From the NCBI GenBank assembly GCA_963769935.1, contig CAVYNY010000020.1, positions 256,001-320,000 of the forward strand: a DNA stretch of 64,000 nt, given 5' to 3'. The position numbers were made by a program, and so were the translations under genes. The notes under the pieces were generated by a model, which worked only from the letters and a program-made list of their open reading frames with translations, did not search any database and was not told the origin of the DNA. The stretch is from an uncultured delta proteobacterium (GTDB lineage: Bacteria > Desulfobacterota > Desulfobacteria > Desulfobacterales > JAFDCJ01). Positions 9,004 through 18,873 of this stretch are shown here, piece after piece (the first letter of the stretch is position 1; every line of letters begins with the position of its first letter).

Positions 9004-11141
9004 TGGAAACCGGCAGTCTCTTCCTGATCTTTTTCCTGATTTGCGTCCTCGGGGTACTCCTCGCAGCCTTTTTGCCCGATCGCAAAAATCCAGCCGGTGC
9101 TCGCATGGGTCGCCTCCCTGGCCGCAATCGTCCTCCTGTGGGCCGGCGGCAGGGCGCTCTTTTACGATCAGACCATCATCTGCCCCCTGTGGCAGGTGAC
9201 GGCTGATATCAAACTTTCCCTGGAAGTGGACCGGCTTTCCGCCTTTTTTCTCTTTGTCACCGGACTGGTCTTTTTACCGGTCTCGATCTTTTCGGCGGAA
9301 TATTTGAATCGATACGCCGATTCATACAGCCTCAAATCCTTCGCGATTTTTTATCATCTGCTTTTTGCCGCCATTGTTTTGACCCTGATGGCCGGCGATG
9401 TATTCCTGTTTCTGATAGCATGGGAGGCCATGTCGATCCTGTCCTATCTCCTGGTCAGCTATGAGCACGAGCATGAGGAAAATACCCGTTCAGGATTCCT
9501 GATGCTGGCCATGGGTGAGGCAGGCACTCTGGCGGCGCTGCTGGCCTTCCTGATCATGGCAACAGCCTCGGGAGGCATCGGCTTTGCATCGCTGCGCTCG
9601 GCCGGCCTCGGCCAGTTTGCCCGCTGGGCAGTGTTTTTGCTGTCCTTCTTCGGCTTTGGGGTCAAGGCCGGCCTCGTGCCGGTGAACAGTTGGCTTCCCC
9701 GGGCCTACAGTGCGGCCCCCGGGAATTTCTCCGCTTTGCTTTCGGGAGCACTGGTTAACCTGGGTCTATACGGCATCGTCAGGATCAATGCGGATCTGCT
9801 GCCGATTGGAGATATCGGGCAGGGATTGATCGTGCTGGGGATTGGAACCCTCTCCGCTTTGATCGGTATTCTTTATGCGACTCCGGAAAACGACATGAAG
9901 CGGATGCTGGCGCATAGCTCCATCGAAAATATCGGAATCATCACCGCAGGGCTCGGCGCCGGTTTTGTATTTCTCTCCTCCGGACATGCCGTCCTGGGCG
10001 GGATCGCCTTTATTGCGGCCTTTTACCATATGGCCAATCATTCCCTTTACAAGGCGCTTCTTTTTCTGGGCGCCGCCGCAGTGGAAAGCCGGATGGGCGG
10101 CCGGGACCTGGACCGAATGGGCGGGCTCATCCGGAACATGCCCTGGGCCGGCCTTTTTTTCCTGGTCGGCGCACTCTCCATCGCCGCCCTGCCGCCTTTT
10201 AACGGATTTGTGAGTGAGTGGCTCACGCTGCAGTCCCTGCTGCAGTGCTCGGTGCTTTCATCAAAGGCCGCCAAAATAGTCTTTGCCATCTGCGGTGCGG
10301 GGCTTGCTTTGACCGCCGCGCTGGCGGTGACTTGCTTTGTCAAGGCCTTTGCGATGGGTTTTTTGGGCATGGCGAGGTCGGCGGAGGCCCGGCAGGCATC
10401 GGATGCCCCGCGCTCCATGACCGTCCCGATGGGCATGCTGGCGCTCGCCTGTCTACTGCTGGGAATCCTGCCCACCTATGTCATCCCGCAGATAGACCAT
10501 GTGGTGAAGCCCTATGTGCACGAAAGTGCGGTCGACGCCCTGGTGCCTCCCTTTTTCACGGTCGGTGCGGGAAACGAACGCTTCCCCGAGGCCTTTGTTC
10601 AGGAGTTCCATAACCTTGGCGCGCAGATCGGAAGCAGTACGCTCCCGGGAAGAGGCCTGGTGATCATGCACCGGGGATCGACGCGCAACCCGGTGATCTT
10701 CGCCATGTCAACATCGTACATGGTCATCGTTCTGGTTTTGTTTTTGGGAGCTGCAATTGTCGTCGTACGCTTTGTCGACCCGCAAGCGGGCTATAGTCAG
10801 GCGGGCCGCATGGGACGGAGGGGTTCGCAGGCTCGTCCCCGCGATGACCTATACGGCCACAGGGTTTTCCAACCCCGTGCGGGTGATTTTTAAAACCATT
10901 TTTCGACCCGTGACGATCCAGGACAGCCGGGAGACCATCGCTGAGCACTTCCGCAACGCCATCAAAAAGGACACCCGGGAAGTCCATATTGCAGACCGAC
11001 TCCTGATAAGACCCGTTATACTCGGAGGCCGAAGTCTATGCCGTCCGATTGGCCCGGATGCACTCGGGACGGGTAAATGCTTATGCCGCCTATATCCTGA
11101 TCAGCCTATTGATTGTTTTGCTGATTATGCGAGCGGCGTAA
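9003..11141 (+). CDS. hyfB: HyfB-like antiporter-type membrane subunit, frameshifted (~9090, ~10770, ~11035)
   Basis: FLIAWEAMS, GVKAGLVPVNSWLP, KRMLAHSSIENIG, ALPPFNGFVSEW; C-terminal WDGG...MTYTATGFSNP and HSGRVNAYAAYI segments lie in other frames, stop at 11139-11141. Confidence 0.8.
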
Positions 11142-11173
11142 AGGCATCTGCGAAAGTCAGAATAGGCCATTGC

Positions 11174-11212
11174 ATGACGGCCCTTACGGAAAAACACAAG
11201 CGCCCGGCGTGA
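11174..11212 (+). pseudogene. Truncated 5' copy of the 15252 gene (MTALTEKHKR)
   Basis: ATGACGGCCCTTACGGAAAAACACAAGCGC vs ATGACGGCCCTTGCAGAAAATCACAAGCGC at 15252: 27/30 nt identical. Confidence 0.7.
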
Positions 11213-11269
11213 TGAAATTTTCCAAAGCGGGAGAGTTTCTGTAAAATCTGCCAGTCGCGCGTTCGCGCC

Positions 11270-11760
11270 CTGGTTGGAGAACACGAGATACTTGTCGGCA
11301 GCGACGGTTTGCTGCATCATCGGCAGGTTGCCCACGATGTCTGCTAACTCGAAGGAACGACAGCTCACATGGTCATCGATGAGGAGTATGCCGGCCATAT
11401 CCTCATCGGGGATTCGGTCAAGGCCGACACACGGCAAGCGGTTTCGCAATTGCGAAGCATCGGGATCGAGCGCGTTGAAATACCGGCGGCAACCGCTTTA
11501 CGGCTGAGGCAATTGCCAATAATCTATGCGTGGATGCGTTCCATGTAGAACTCTTTGCCGGAAGACAAGGTGCGCTTGCTGGAAGAAATCCAGGCGGCAA
11601 CCGATCATGGCGGCAAAATTGCCTTTGTCGACGACGGGATCAATGACACTCCGGTTATTGCCAGGGCCGATGTCGGGGCCGCCATGGGTGCCCTTGGCAT
11701 GGATGCAGCCATCGAGACTGCCGACGTAGTGCTCATGACCGATTCTGCGCTGAAAGCGGA
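11270..11760 (+). pseudogene. Remnant of heavy-metal P1B-type ATPase (CadA/ZntA-like)
   Basis: Fragments YAGHILIGDSVKAD, PEDKV, AFVDDGINDTPVIARADVGAAMGALGMDAAIETADVVLM with stops and frameshifts. Confidence 0.8.
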
Positions 11761-11821
11761 TGATCTTTTCTGTGTTAGATTACGAACCAGATCATCTCAC
11801 CTTTCTTTTTCGGACGATTCG

Positions 11822-12763
11822 CTACCGTGAAACATATTGCAGATGCAGTGCGAAATCGATTATGCATGTGATGAAAAAGGACACCGTAGGCGTTAGAAAC
11901 CAGCCCGTAAAGATGCTGTAAAGTGTCTTGCGATCGATGGTCTTGGCACCCTTGATGAATCCAACGCCTATAACAGCGCCGATCACGGCCTGCGTGGTGG
12001 ATACCGGTACGCCGATGATCGCATTGATATGAACGGTAACCGCTTCGCCCAAAACAACGATCAGGGCAGAAAAAGGATCCAGGCGCACAAGCTTTCGACC
12101 CACCGTCTCCATAACGCCTCGGCTGTAAGTCAGAACTCCAAATCCAATGCTTATGGCACCTATAAGTGCGGCATTGAATATAGTTAGGGTCCCGGCCGCA
12201 ACGAAGACGGCCGAGGTATTAGCGACATTGTTGGCGCCTAAAGAGTAGGAGGCATATGACCCTGCTATCACCAATGCGATCCGCACAAGTATATCGGCCT
12301 GAAAAATGTTTGTCCTCAGGCGATTGTAAACTAACGCTAAAACCTTGTACAGCATGATGGAGGCCAAGATCGCACAAAAGGGGGTCGCGAACCAGCAGAT
12401 GACTACTTTTTCCAAACCGGCCGAGTTGACCTGGTTGTTTAGAAATCCGATCCCCAAGATGGCCCCGACCACCCCCTGGGAAGTCGACACAGGCAGGCTG
12501 AGCAATGTCATGACGGTCACCGTCAAGGCGACTGCAACCGTTATTGCTACGGCTTGTTTCAAGTCGATTGATGTCAAACTGCTCAGGGTCTTGATGCCAG
12601 CCTGTCCTTCGAGCAGAGAGCCGATCAGTACAAAGATGGCGCATAGAATCGCTGCTGTCCGAAAGCGCACCATGCGCGAGGCCACCGCTGAACCGAAACA
12701 ATTAGCAGCGTGGTTGGCTCCTAGAGACCACCCCAGAAATACTCCGCCCAGAAGCGAATACAT
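11822..12763 (-). CDS. PiT/PHO4 family inorganic phosphate/anion permease
   Basis: GANHAAN...FG, LPVSTSQ, GANNVAN, GVPVSTTQ repeats; AGGAGG RBS. Confidence 0.85.
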   Translation of the reverse strand: MYSLLGGVFLGWSLGANHAANCFGSAVASRMVRFRTAAILCAIFVLIGSLLEGQAGIKTLSSLTSIDLKQAVAITVAVALTVTVMTLLSLPVSTSQGVVGAILGIGFLNNQVNSAGLEKVVICWFATPFCAILASIMLYKVLALVYNRLRTNIFQADILVRIALVIAGSYASYSLGANNVANTSAVFVAAGTLTIFNAALIGAISIGFGVLTYSRGVMETVGRKLVRLDPFSALIVVLGEAVTVHINAIIGVPVSTTQAVIGAVIGVGFIKGAKTIDRKTLYSIFTGWFLTPTVSFFITCIIDFALHLQYVSR

Positions 12764-12880
12764 TAAAGCCTCCTTTTCAATGTCAATAATTTCAGCCCAT
12801 TGGAGAGCCGATTTGCATGTTCCGAAATCTGCTCTATGGCCATAGCCAACTCCTTCAGCTGAAATCTTCTTAGAAAATTT
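12763..12880 (-). pseudogene. Probable C-terminal remnant of DUF47 (PhoU-like) PiT accessory gene
   Basis: Minus frame QLKELAMAIEQISEHANRLSNGLKLLTLKRRL-stop; its TAA overlaps the PiT ATG (TAATG), the usual DUF47-pit arrangement; no intact upstream part. Confidence 0.45.
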
Positions 12881-13169
12881 TACTGATCTTGGCAGTCACT
12901 CTATTTGATAAAATGCCCGTTTCATATGCACTAAAACACTATCGAGTTCCCAAGTTCCACGCAAAAGCCTATCTCAGATTCACGCCTACTCTACGCCGGA
13001 GGCCGTTTAGGCAGCAAACAGGTGCCCCCTAAACTGAGTTAAAATTATCAATATGCAAAAAATGAAGTCTAAAATTCTAATTTTTACAAATAAAATAATT
13101 TATTTTCTCGCGGATATATCTGCATCACTGAGATGACACAGTGGCCATAAAAAGATTTTTTCAGTTCGA

Positions 13170-14636
13170 TTATCGGGGTTGGACATGTTCAATGCGCTTG
13201 ATGCCTTCCCTATTCAATACCACCCGGTACCGCATGTATAAATCCTTTTCGGCAAGGGCCATCCGAACGACCATATTAAGGTGATAAACCCTTGCACCCC
13301 TGATACGATAGTATCCCTCGTCGTTCATTACGAAGAGCTCCTTCTTGGGATCATCCATCCGCCGTAGAAATTCTTGGACATTGAAACGCATAATATCATT
13401 GACACCGGATACCTCGTATTTCGAGAAAATGCGGCGCACTCTTTCCCGATGCAGTCGAATACGCTTGCGGTACAGCAGAATGTCCTCGCCAATCCATCCG
13501 TTTTCAATTTCTGTAATGTGGTCTCGATTTCGCAACTCCCGCACCTCCGCCGAAAGTTTGCGTTCTTTGACAAACCCGAAGCTTTCCCTGCAAACCCCGA
13601 CGATTCCGCCGGCAACATCGCGTACACGAACCTTATGATCAAAAAGAAAGCGCATCATCTTGCGGGACAGGTGATACTTTAGAAGATCCTTGATTCGGTC
13701 CTTAAAGATATAGCTGATGACAAGCGTCACAAAAACCGGCATGGTCAGGCTGCCATAGACAGTTTGGGAAATGAATGCGGCGGCCGTTGCAAATACCATA
13801 GCGGCAGCGGCGGCCAAACCAAAAAAGACTTGCTGCAGAAAAAGCCAGTCCGTTTTTACTTCTGCATCAAGAAACAGAATACTGGCGACATATTTTTTTA
13901 ATACGCTCCTGCGAAACACCAAAGTTTCGTTATCCTTCTGCTCTTCCGGTATCGAAGCATAGCGTCTTTTCTTGCGATAGTTGACTTCACCTTCAATCAA
14001 CGCCAGCATCTTTTTACGGTTCTCCGGGCTCAGACCTGAATCGATGGCTGAGATAGCATCCAGCAAGTGGTAGGTGTAGTCTTCCACAGTCAGACTGATG
14101 TACTCGTCACCAAAAAGGTAGATTTCAAAGGTACGCTGATCAACACTTGGGATCTGGATAATCTGTTGGAGTTCATGGTATCCGGCGGTTATGTCTTGAA
14201 TCGCAGTCAGATACTCGCGAGTAAGGCGTTCCCTATCCTGCGCATCAACGGTCCTGAGAATATAAGCCACATAGTCGCGGACCGCACTCTTGAGGATACA
14301 GCAGAACATCTTGATTTGCCCTTCAAACGCCCGTAGAGGAATCTTCGAGGATTGCTGGGCTATCTGTTCCAAATCACTGCGAAGTTGCGCCAATGGACTC
14401 TGAGCGCCTGCCTTAAAGCGGTTCAGCGGCACCGACGGTGTCCTTATGCGGATGTAGGACTGTAAATCGGTATAGAACTGCTGTTTGCTATATGTCTGAG
14501 GATGTACGCCCAGGCTGCGAGGGGCGAAAAAATACAAATCCACCTCATATGAATTCCGCCGATGGTTGTCAAGAAGGGGATAATTTAGCTTCAGCTCCAT
14601 TTGATGCAGATCGTGGATGCTGATCCTAGCTTCCAT
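13170..14636 (-). CDS. Hypothetical protein, 488 aa, with a two-helix transmembrane hairpin
   Basis: Long ORF with AAAGGA RBS; hydrophobic VFFGLAAAAAMVFATAAAFI and VFVTLVISYIF segments. Confidence 0.75.
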   Translation of the reverse strand: MEARISIHDLHQMELKLNYPLLDNHRRNSYEVDLYFFAPRSLGVHPQTYSKQQFYTDLQSYIRIRTPSVPLNRFKAGAQSPLAQLRSDLEQIAQQSSKIPLRAFEGQIKMFCCILKSAVRDYVAYILRTVDAQDRERLTREYLTAIQDITAGYHELQQIIQIPSVDQRTFEIYLFGDEYISLTVEDYTYHLLDAISAIDSGLSPENRKKMLALIEGEVNYRKKRRYASIPEEQKDNETLVFRRSVLKKYVASILFLDAEVKTDWLFLQQVFFGLAAAAAMVFATAAAFISQTVYGSLTMPVFVTLVISYIFKDRIKDLLKYHLSRKMMRFLFDHKVRVRDVAGGIVGVCRESFGFVKERKLSAEVRELRNRDHITEIENGWIGEDILLYRKRIRLHRERVRRIFSKYEVSGVNDIMRFNVQEFLRRMDDPKKELFVMNDEGYYRIRGARVYHLNMVVRMALAEKDLYMRYRVVLNREGIKRIEHVQPR

Positions 14637-14802
14637 AGGAGTCCTTTTGTCGCTGGTTACCCATTAATACAGATTTAATTTCAAAGAGTTAGATAACAGC
14701 ACCATGGTTTTGGGTGTCAAGCCGATTTGTATAGGGTGAATAAGGCAAGGAATATGTTCCAGTTCGATGAAATGAGCCCTCCGATACATTGAAAATTTTT
14801 GC

Positions 14803-14833
14803 TTGACTTTGCCTCGATAAGAACTATAGTCAA
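14803..14833 (+). promoter_or_regulatory. Putative promoter/operator upstream of riboswitch 3
   Basis: TTGACT-16 nt-TATAGT, followed by CAA completing a TTGACT/AGTCAA inverted repeat. Confidence 0.5.
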
Positions 14834-14862
14834 ATTAATATAATTCGCTCGAAAAAAAAACG

Positions 14863-14912
14863 GGGGGATGGAGTCCCCCTGATAACCGCCTTGACGGCTG
14901 ATGACTCCTACC
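14863..14912 (+). ncRNA. Fluoride riboswitch (crcB motif) 3
   Basis: GGGGGATGGAGTCCCCCTGATAACCGCCTTGACGGCTGATGACTCCTACC; one loop substitution relative to riboswitch 2. Confidence 0.95.
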
Positions 14913-14950
14913 ATGGCCCAAAATTCCTGGTAGGAGTTTCTGTCTGAAGT

Positions 14951-14985
14951 ACTCCTGCCGGGTACGAGACCTGGGGGAGTTTTTT
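14951..14985 (+). terminator. Intrinsic terminator of riboswitch 3 expression platform
   Basis: ACTCCT(G)CCGGGT-ACGAG-ACCTGGGGGAGT hairpin followed by TTTTT. Confidence 0.75.
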
Positions 14986-15251
14986 CATGCGCAGCAAATT
15001 CCGCCTGTTGAAATCGCAGCAAGTCCCGAATCTCTTTCTGAACACTCGCCGGATAGATCGATGCCCGTCCTCCAGCAGGTCTCCCATTAAAAATTCAACT
15101 AGTCCGCAGAGGCTGTTTAATCCTGATGCCCGCGGAGAATTTGCAATCTTGCACTGCCATTAGGAGGATTTCCTCATTGGCACATTTGGCAAGAGATAGG
15201 GCATACTAGAGAAATAAGTTCGATCCAGCCAAAATAAAGAGAGGTGCCGTC

Positions 15252-15671
15252 ATGACGGCCCTTGCAGAAAATCACAAGCGCGCCTTGCTGAGCAGGCTGC
15301 GGCGAATCGACGACCTGCTGAGGGAAATCGAATACCGTGCGCGGCCGGACGGCATCGAGTCGGCTTTCGAGGACGAAATCTCAGATTGGACATGCGCAAA
15401 GCGCCGGATCGTATTCGATTGGATCGCTGAAGTTCGGCAACTGTTGAAATCCATCATCGAACGCCAGGGCCTTGTGGCTGCGCAATCCACCGCCAGTGCA
15501 GCCTGGCTCGTTCAAACCAGCGTGGATCTCATGCTCAGTGTTGTCGACGAGTTGCAACCGGAGCGTATGCACGGCTACGGCGAGCTTTCCGTAGCGGCTG
15601 GCCGCGAATTGGATGAAATCGTTTCAGATCTGCGGCGGCAGTTTTTGAAATTGACTGAAACATTTTGTTAA
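15252..15671 (+). CDS. Hypothetical all-helical protein (139 aa)
   Basis: GAGGTG RBS; first gene behind riboswitch 3; ELQPERMHGYGEL motif. Confidence 0.75.
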   Translation: MTALAENHKRALLSRLRRIDDLLREIEYRARPDGIESAFEDEISDWTCAKRRIVFDWIAEVRQLLKSIIERQGLVAAQSTASAAWLVQTSVDLMLSVVDELQPERMHGYGELSVAAGRELDEIVSDLRRQFLKLTETFC

Positions 15672-15832
15672 AGTCCAAGCATTAAGTTGCAGTTTTTTAA
15701 AAAGTGGGCTTTAGAGGTAACTTTCTTATGCGCTCATTTGCCGAACAAAGACTTGACTCGCAAATACATCTGCCTGCAGGCCGGGAGCCGGATGTCGCGC
15801 TTCCGCGTCATGGGCCGGAGGGTATTCGTGCA

Positions 15833-17368
15833 ATGACCTTCTGCAGCATATTAGTTGAAAACCCGCAAGACAGCCTCAAAAAAGAAACTCCGCAAGTGCC
15901 CGAATTTTTTAGCGACTTAAATCTTGATCAGATTATAGACGCCGTCACGGCCGGCCGGCAGGACTATAATCTGAAACCGTTTTTTTACACTTCCTTAAAT
16001 GACGTCGATACCATCAAGTACCGCCAGGAAGTCGCGCAGGATCTCGAAAGCGAAACGTTGCTGGCAAGCATAAAATCTTTCGCCCAAGAGATGATCGTCA
16101 TGCGCCGCTATCTATCCATGATAGAAAAGCTTCACTATAAATACCATAAAGAGGGCTGGTTTTTGGAAGCGGTCATAGTTTATTGTGATGCCGTCAACCG
16201 TCTGGCGCATGATTTATCTCAGGCAAAATTAAAATCGCGTGGGCTTTCGGCTTTCCGTGATTATATATCGAACTATGCCGAATCCGATGGTTTCTCATCG
16301 CTTCTGGCCGAAACGAAAAAGCTTAAAGTCGGCTTGTCCACTGTGAAATATTGCGTGCTTATAGACGGAGGGCATGTCAAGGTCCGTAAATATGAAGCTG
16401 AAATCGATTACAGTACAGATGTGGAGCAAACATTCGAAAGGTTCAAACAGGGCGCGGTAAAAGATTACAAGACAGAGCTGGCCATCGGTGCGGGCATGAA
16501 TCATGTCGAAGCCAATATACTGGATTTTGTAGCCAAATTGTATCCCGACCTATTTTCAAGGCTTGATGATTATTGCACCAAAAACGCTGATTATCAGAAT
16601 GAAACGTTAGCTGCTTTTGACCGTGAAATCCAATTTTACGTAGCCTATCTAGAGTATGTCGCAAAAACCAAACGCGCGGGATTGAAATTTTGTTACCCGC
16701 AAATCGTCGACCGGAGCAAGGAAGTCTATGATCACGAAGGGTTTGATTTAGCGCTGGCCCATAAACTCATTGCCGGAAACTCGCCTGTTGTCTGCAATGA
16801 TTTTTACCTGAAGGGCAAGGAGCGCATCCTTGTCGTCAGCGGTCCGAACCAGGGCGGCAAAACCACCTTTGCCCGCACCTTCGGGCAGCTGCATTACCTG
16901 GCCGGCCTGGGATGCCCCGTGCCGGGCCGGGAGGCGCAGCTTTTTCTCTGCGACAGACTCTTTACGCATTTCGAAAAGGAAGAAAACATCCAAAATCTGC
17001 GCGGCAAACTGCAGGACGACCTGGTCCGGATTCACCATATTCTCGACCGGGCCACGCCCAACAGCATCGTCATCATGAATGAAATCTTCACTTCCACTGC
17101 CCTAAAAGACGGGATTTTTTTAAGCCAAAAGGTGATGGAAAAAATAATCCGATTGGATTTGCTGTGCGTCTGGGTGACATTTATAGATGAGATGGCCTCT
17201 ATCAGCGAAAAAACCGTGAGTATGGTCAGCACTATCGTGCCTGAAAATCCGGCCTTGCGGACCTTTAAAATTGTGAGAAGGCCGGCCGACGGACTCGCCT
17301 ATGCAACGGCCATTGCCGAAAAGTATCGTCTGACGTACAGGCAGCTAAGGGAGCGCCTAAACTCATGA
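15833..17368 (+). CDS. MutS domain V ATPase, MutS4A-like (no mismatch-binding domain)
   Basis: VVSGPNQGGKTTF, LFTHFEKEE, GKLQDDL, VIMNEIFTST, VTF; GGAGGG RBS before ATG 15833. Confidence 0.85.
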   Translation: MTFCSILVENPQDSLKKETPQVPEFFSDLNLDQIIDAVTAGRQDYNLKPFFYTSLNDVDTIKYRQEVAQDLESETLLASIKSFAQEMIVMRRYLSMIEKLHYKYHKEGWFLEAVIVYCDAVNRLAHDLSQAKLKSRGLSAFRDYISNYAESDGFSSLLAETKKLKVGLSTVKYCVLIDGGHVKVRKYEAEIDYSTDVEQTFERFKQGAVKDYKTELAIGAGMNHVEANILDFVAKLYPDLFSRLDDYCTKNADYQNETLAAFDREIQFYVAYLEYVAKTKRAGLKFCYPQIVDRSKEVYDHEGFDLALAHKLIAGNSPVVCNDFYLKGKERILVVSGPNQGGKTTFARTFGQLHYLAGLGCPVPGREAQLFLCDRLFTHFEKEENIQNLRGKLQDDLVRIHHILDRATPNSIVIMNEIFTSTALKDGIFLSQKVMEKIIRLDLLCVWVTFIDEMASISEKTVSMVSTIVPENPALRTFKIVRRPADGLAYATAIAEKYRLTYRQLRERLNS

Positions 17369-18873
17369 AGGCTTTCCTCATGCATAAGGATCAGGACTTT
17401 GACCTAAAGCGGAAGTTGCCGACAAATGAACAAGCACTGACCCAGGACCTGGAATTAAACACGCTGTTCAACGCCATGGCGCTCGGTGACGAATTTCTAT
17501 TTGATGCGGCCAAGAAGGCCGTTTTTTGGGGTTTGAACAACGATCTGGCAACAATCCGGTACCGTCAAAGCATTCTAACAGACTGCCTGAAAAATTCCTC
17601 CATTGTCAGGGAAATTTACGACATCGCGGTGGAATCCATTGAAAACAAGAAAAGGCATCATATCGGCATCTTCGGCCGTTGGCCCGGTTCAATCCTGCAT
17701 GGCGCAATTGATATGATGGAAATGTTTGTCGACCAGCTTAAAAAGTTAAAAAATATCTCCGATAAAAATGTCGCTAAATTCGGGTCGGAGGGATTTGCCA
17801 GGTTTTTTAGAATGATTCATACGGAGCTGGAAGATGAATATCTCGTCGGCATCCAAAATCATCTCAGAGAACTGAAATTCCGCCACGGCGTGTTGCTCAG
17901 CGCCGAATTGGGAAAAGGCAATGAAGGTGCCGATTATATACTTCGCAAGCCGCACGCTGAAAATCGGAGTTGGATGCAGCGCATCTTTGCCAAAAAGCCG
18001 CCGGTCTATACCTTTTCCATCCATCCTCGCGATGAAGCCGGCGGCAGGTTTCTGTCGGATTTAAAAGACAGGGGCATCAATCTTGTTGCCAATGCCCTTG
18101 CGCAGTCCGCTGATCATATTGAGAGCTTCTTTAAAATGCTGCGAATTGAATTGGCTTTTTACATCGGCTGCTTGAATTTATATGAACAACTTGCCCATAT
18201 GGGGGAACCGGTATCCTTTCCCCTACCCGCGGCCTCCAGCGAACGCAAACATTCTTTCCGGGGATTGTACGATGTCTGTCTGGCCTTAACCATGCAGCAA
18301 AAAATCGTCGGCAACGACGTGAACGCCGACAACAAAGAACTCGTGATCATCACAGGCGCGAACCAGGGCGGCAAATCAACCTTTCTGCGAAGTATCGGTT
18401 TGGCTCAATTGATGATGCAATGCGGCCTGTTTGTACCGGCAGAGTCTTTCTGTGCTAATGTCTGCGACGGCCTTCTCACGCACTACAAACGGGAGGAGGA
18501 CGCTGCCATGGAAAGCGGCAAGCTCGATGAAGAACTCAGCCGGATGAGCGACATCGTAAATAGTATAACGCCTAATTCCATGGTGTTGTTTAATGAGTCG
18601 TTTGCCGCAACCAACGAAAGGGAGGGCTCGGAGATCGCAAGGCAGATAGTCTGTGCGTTGTTGGAAAAGAGGGTCAAAGAGTTCTTCGTTACGCATTTAT
18701 ACGAATTTCCGCAGAGTATTTACGACACAAAAACGGAAAGCGCCATTTTCCTGCGGGCCGACAGACAAATCGACGGAAAGCGAACGTTTAAGTTGGTCGA
18801 AGGAGAACCGCTGCAAACCAGCTTCGGCGCAGATTTGTATAAGAGTGTATTCGGAACGGATAAATTGACATGA
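17365..18873 (+). CDS. MutS domain V ATPase, MutS4B-like
   Basis: ITGANQGGKSTFLRS, THYKREED, GKLDEEL, VLFNESFAATNEREG, VTH; ATGA overlap with upstream paralogue. Confidence 0.85.
   Translation: MKAFLMHKDQDFDLKRKLPTNEQALTQDLELNTLFNAMALGDEFLFDAAKKAVFWGLNNDLATIRYRQSILTDCLKNSSIVREIYDIAVESIENKKRHHIGIFGRWPGSILHGAIDMMEMFVDQLKKLKNISDKNVAKFGSEGFARFFRMIHTELEDEYLVGIQNHLRELKFRHGVLLSAELGKGNEGADYILRKPHAENRSWMQRIFAKKPPVYTFSIHPRDEAGGRFLSDLKDRGINLVANALAQSADHIESFFKMLRIELAFYIGCLNLYEQLAHMGEPVSFPLPAASSERKHSFRGLYDVCLALTMQQKIVGNDVNADNKELVIITGANQGGKSTFLRSIGLAQLMMQCGLFVPAESFCANVCDGLLTHYKREEDAAMESGKLDEELSRMSDIVNSITPNSMVLFNESFAATNEREGSEIARQIVCALLEKRVKEFFVTHLYEFPQSIYDTKTESAIFLRADRQIDGKRTFKLVEGEPLQTSFGADLYKSVFGTDKLT

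Noticed and set aside
3546..11141. Functional [NiFe] hydrogenase-4 / formate hydrogenlyase
   Set aside because: L1 and L2 CxxC motifs are absent; no maturation or fdh genes in the window
15833..18873. Canonical mismatch-repair mutS
   Set aside because: Proteins are ~500 aa, lack the mismatch-binding domain, and there is no mutL
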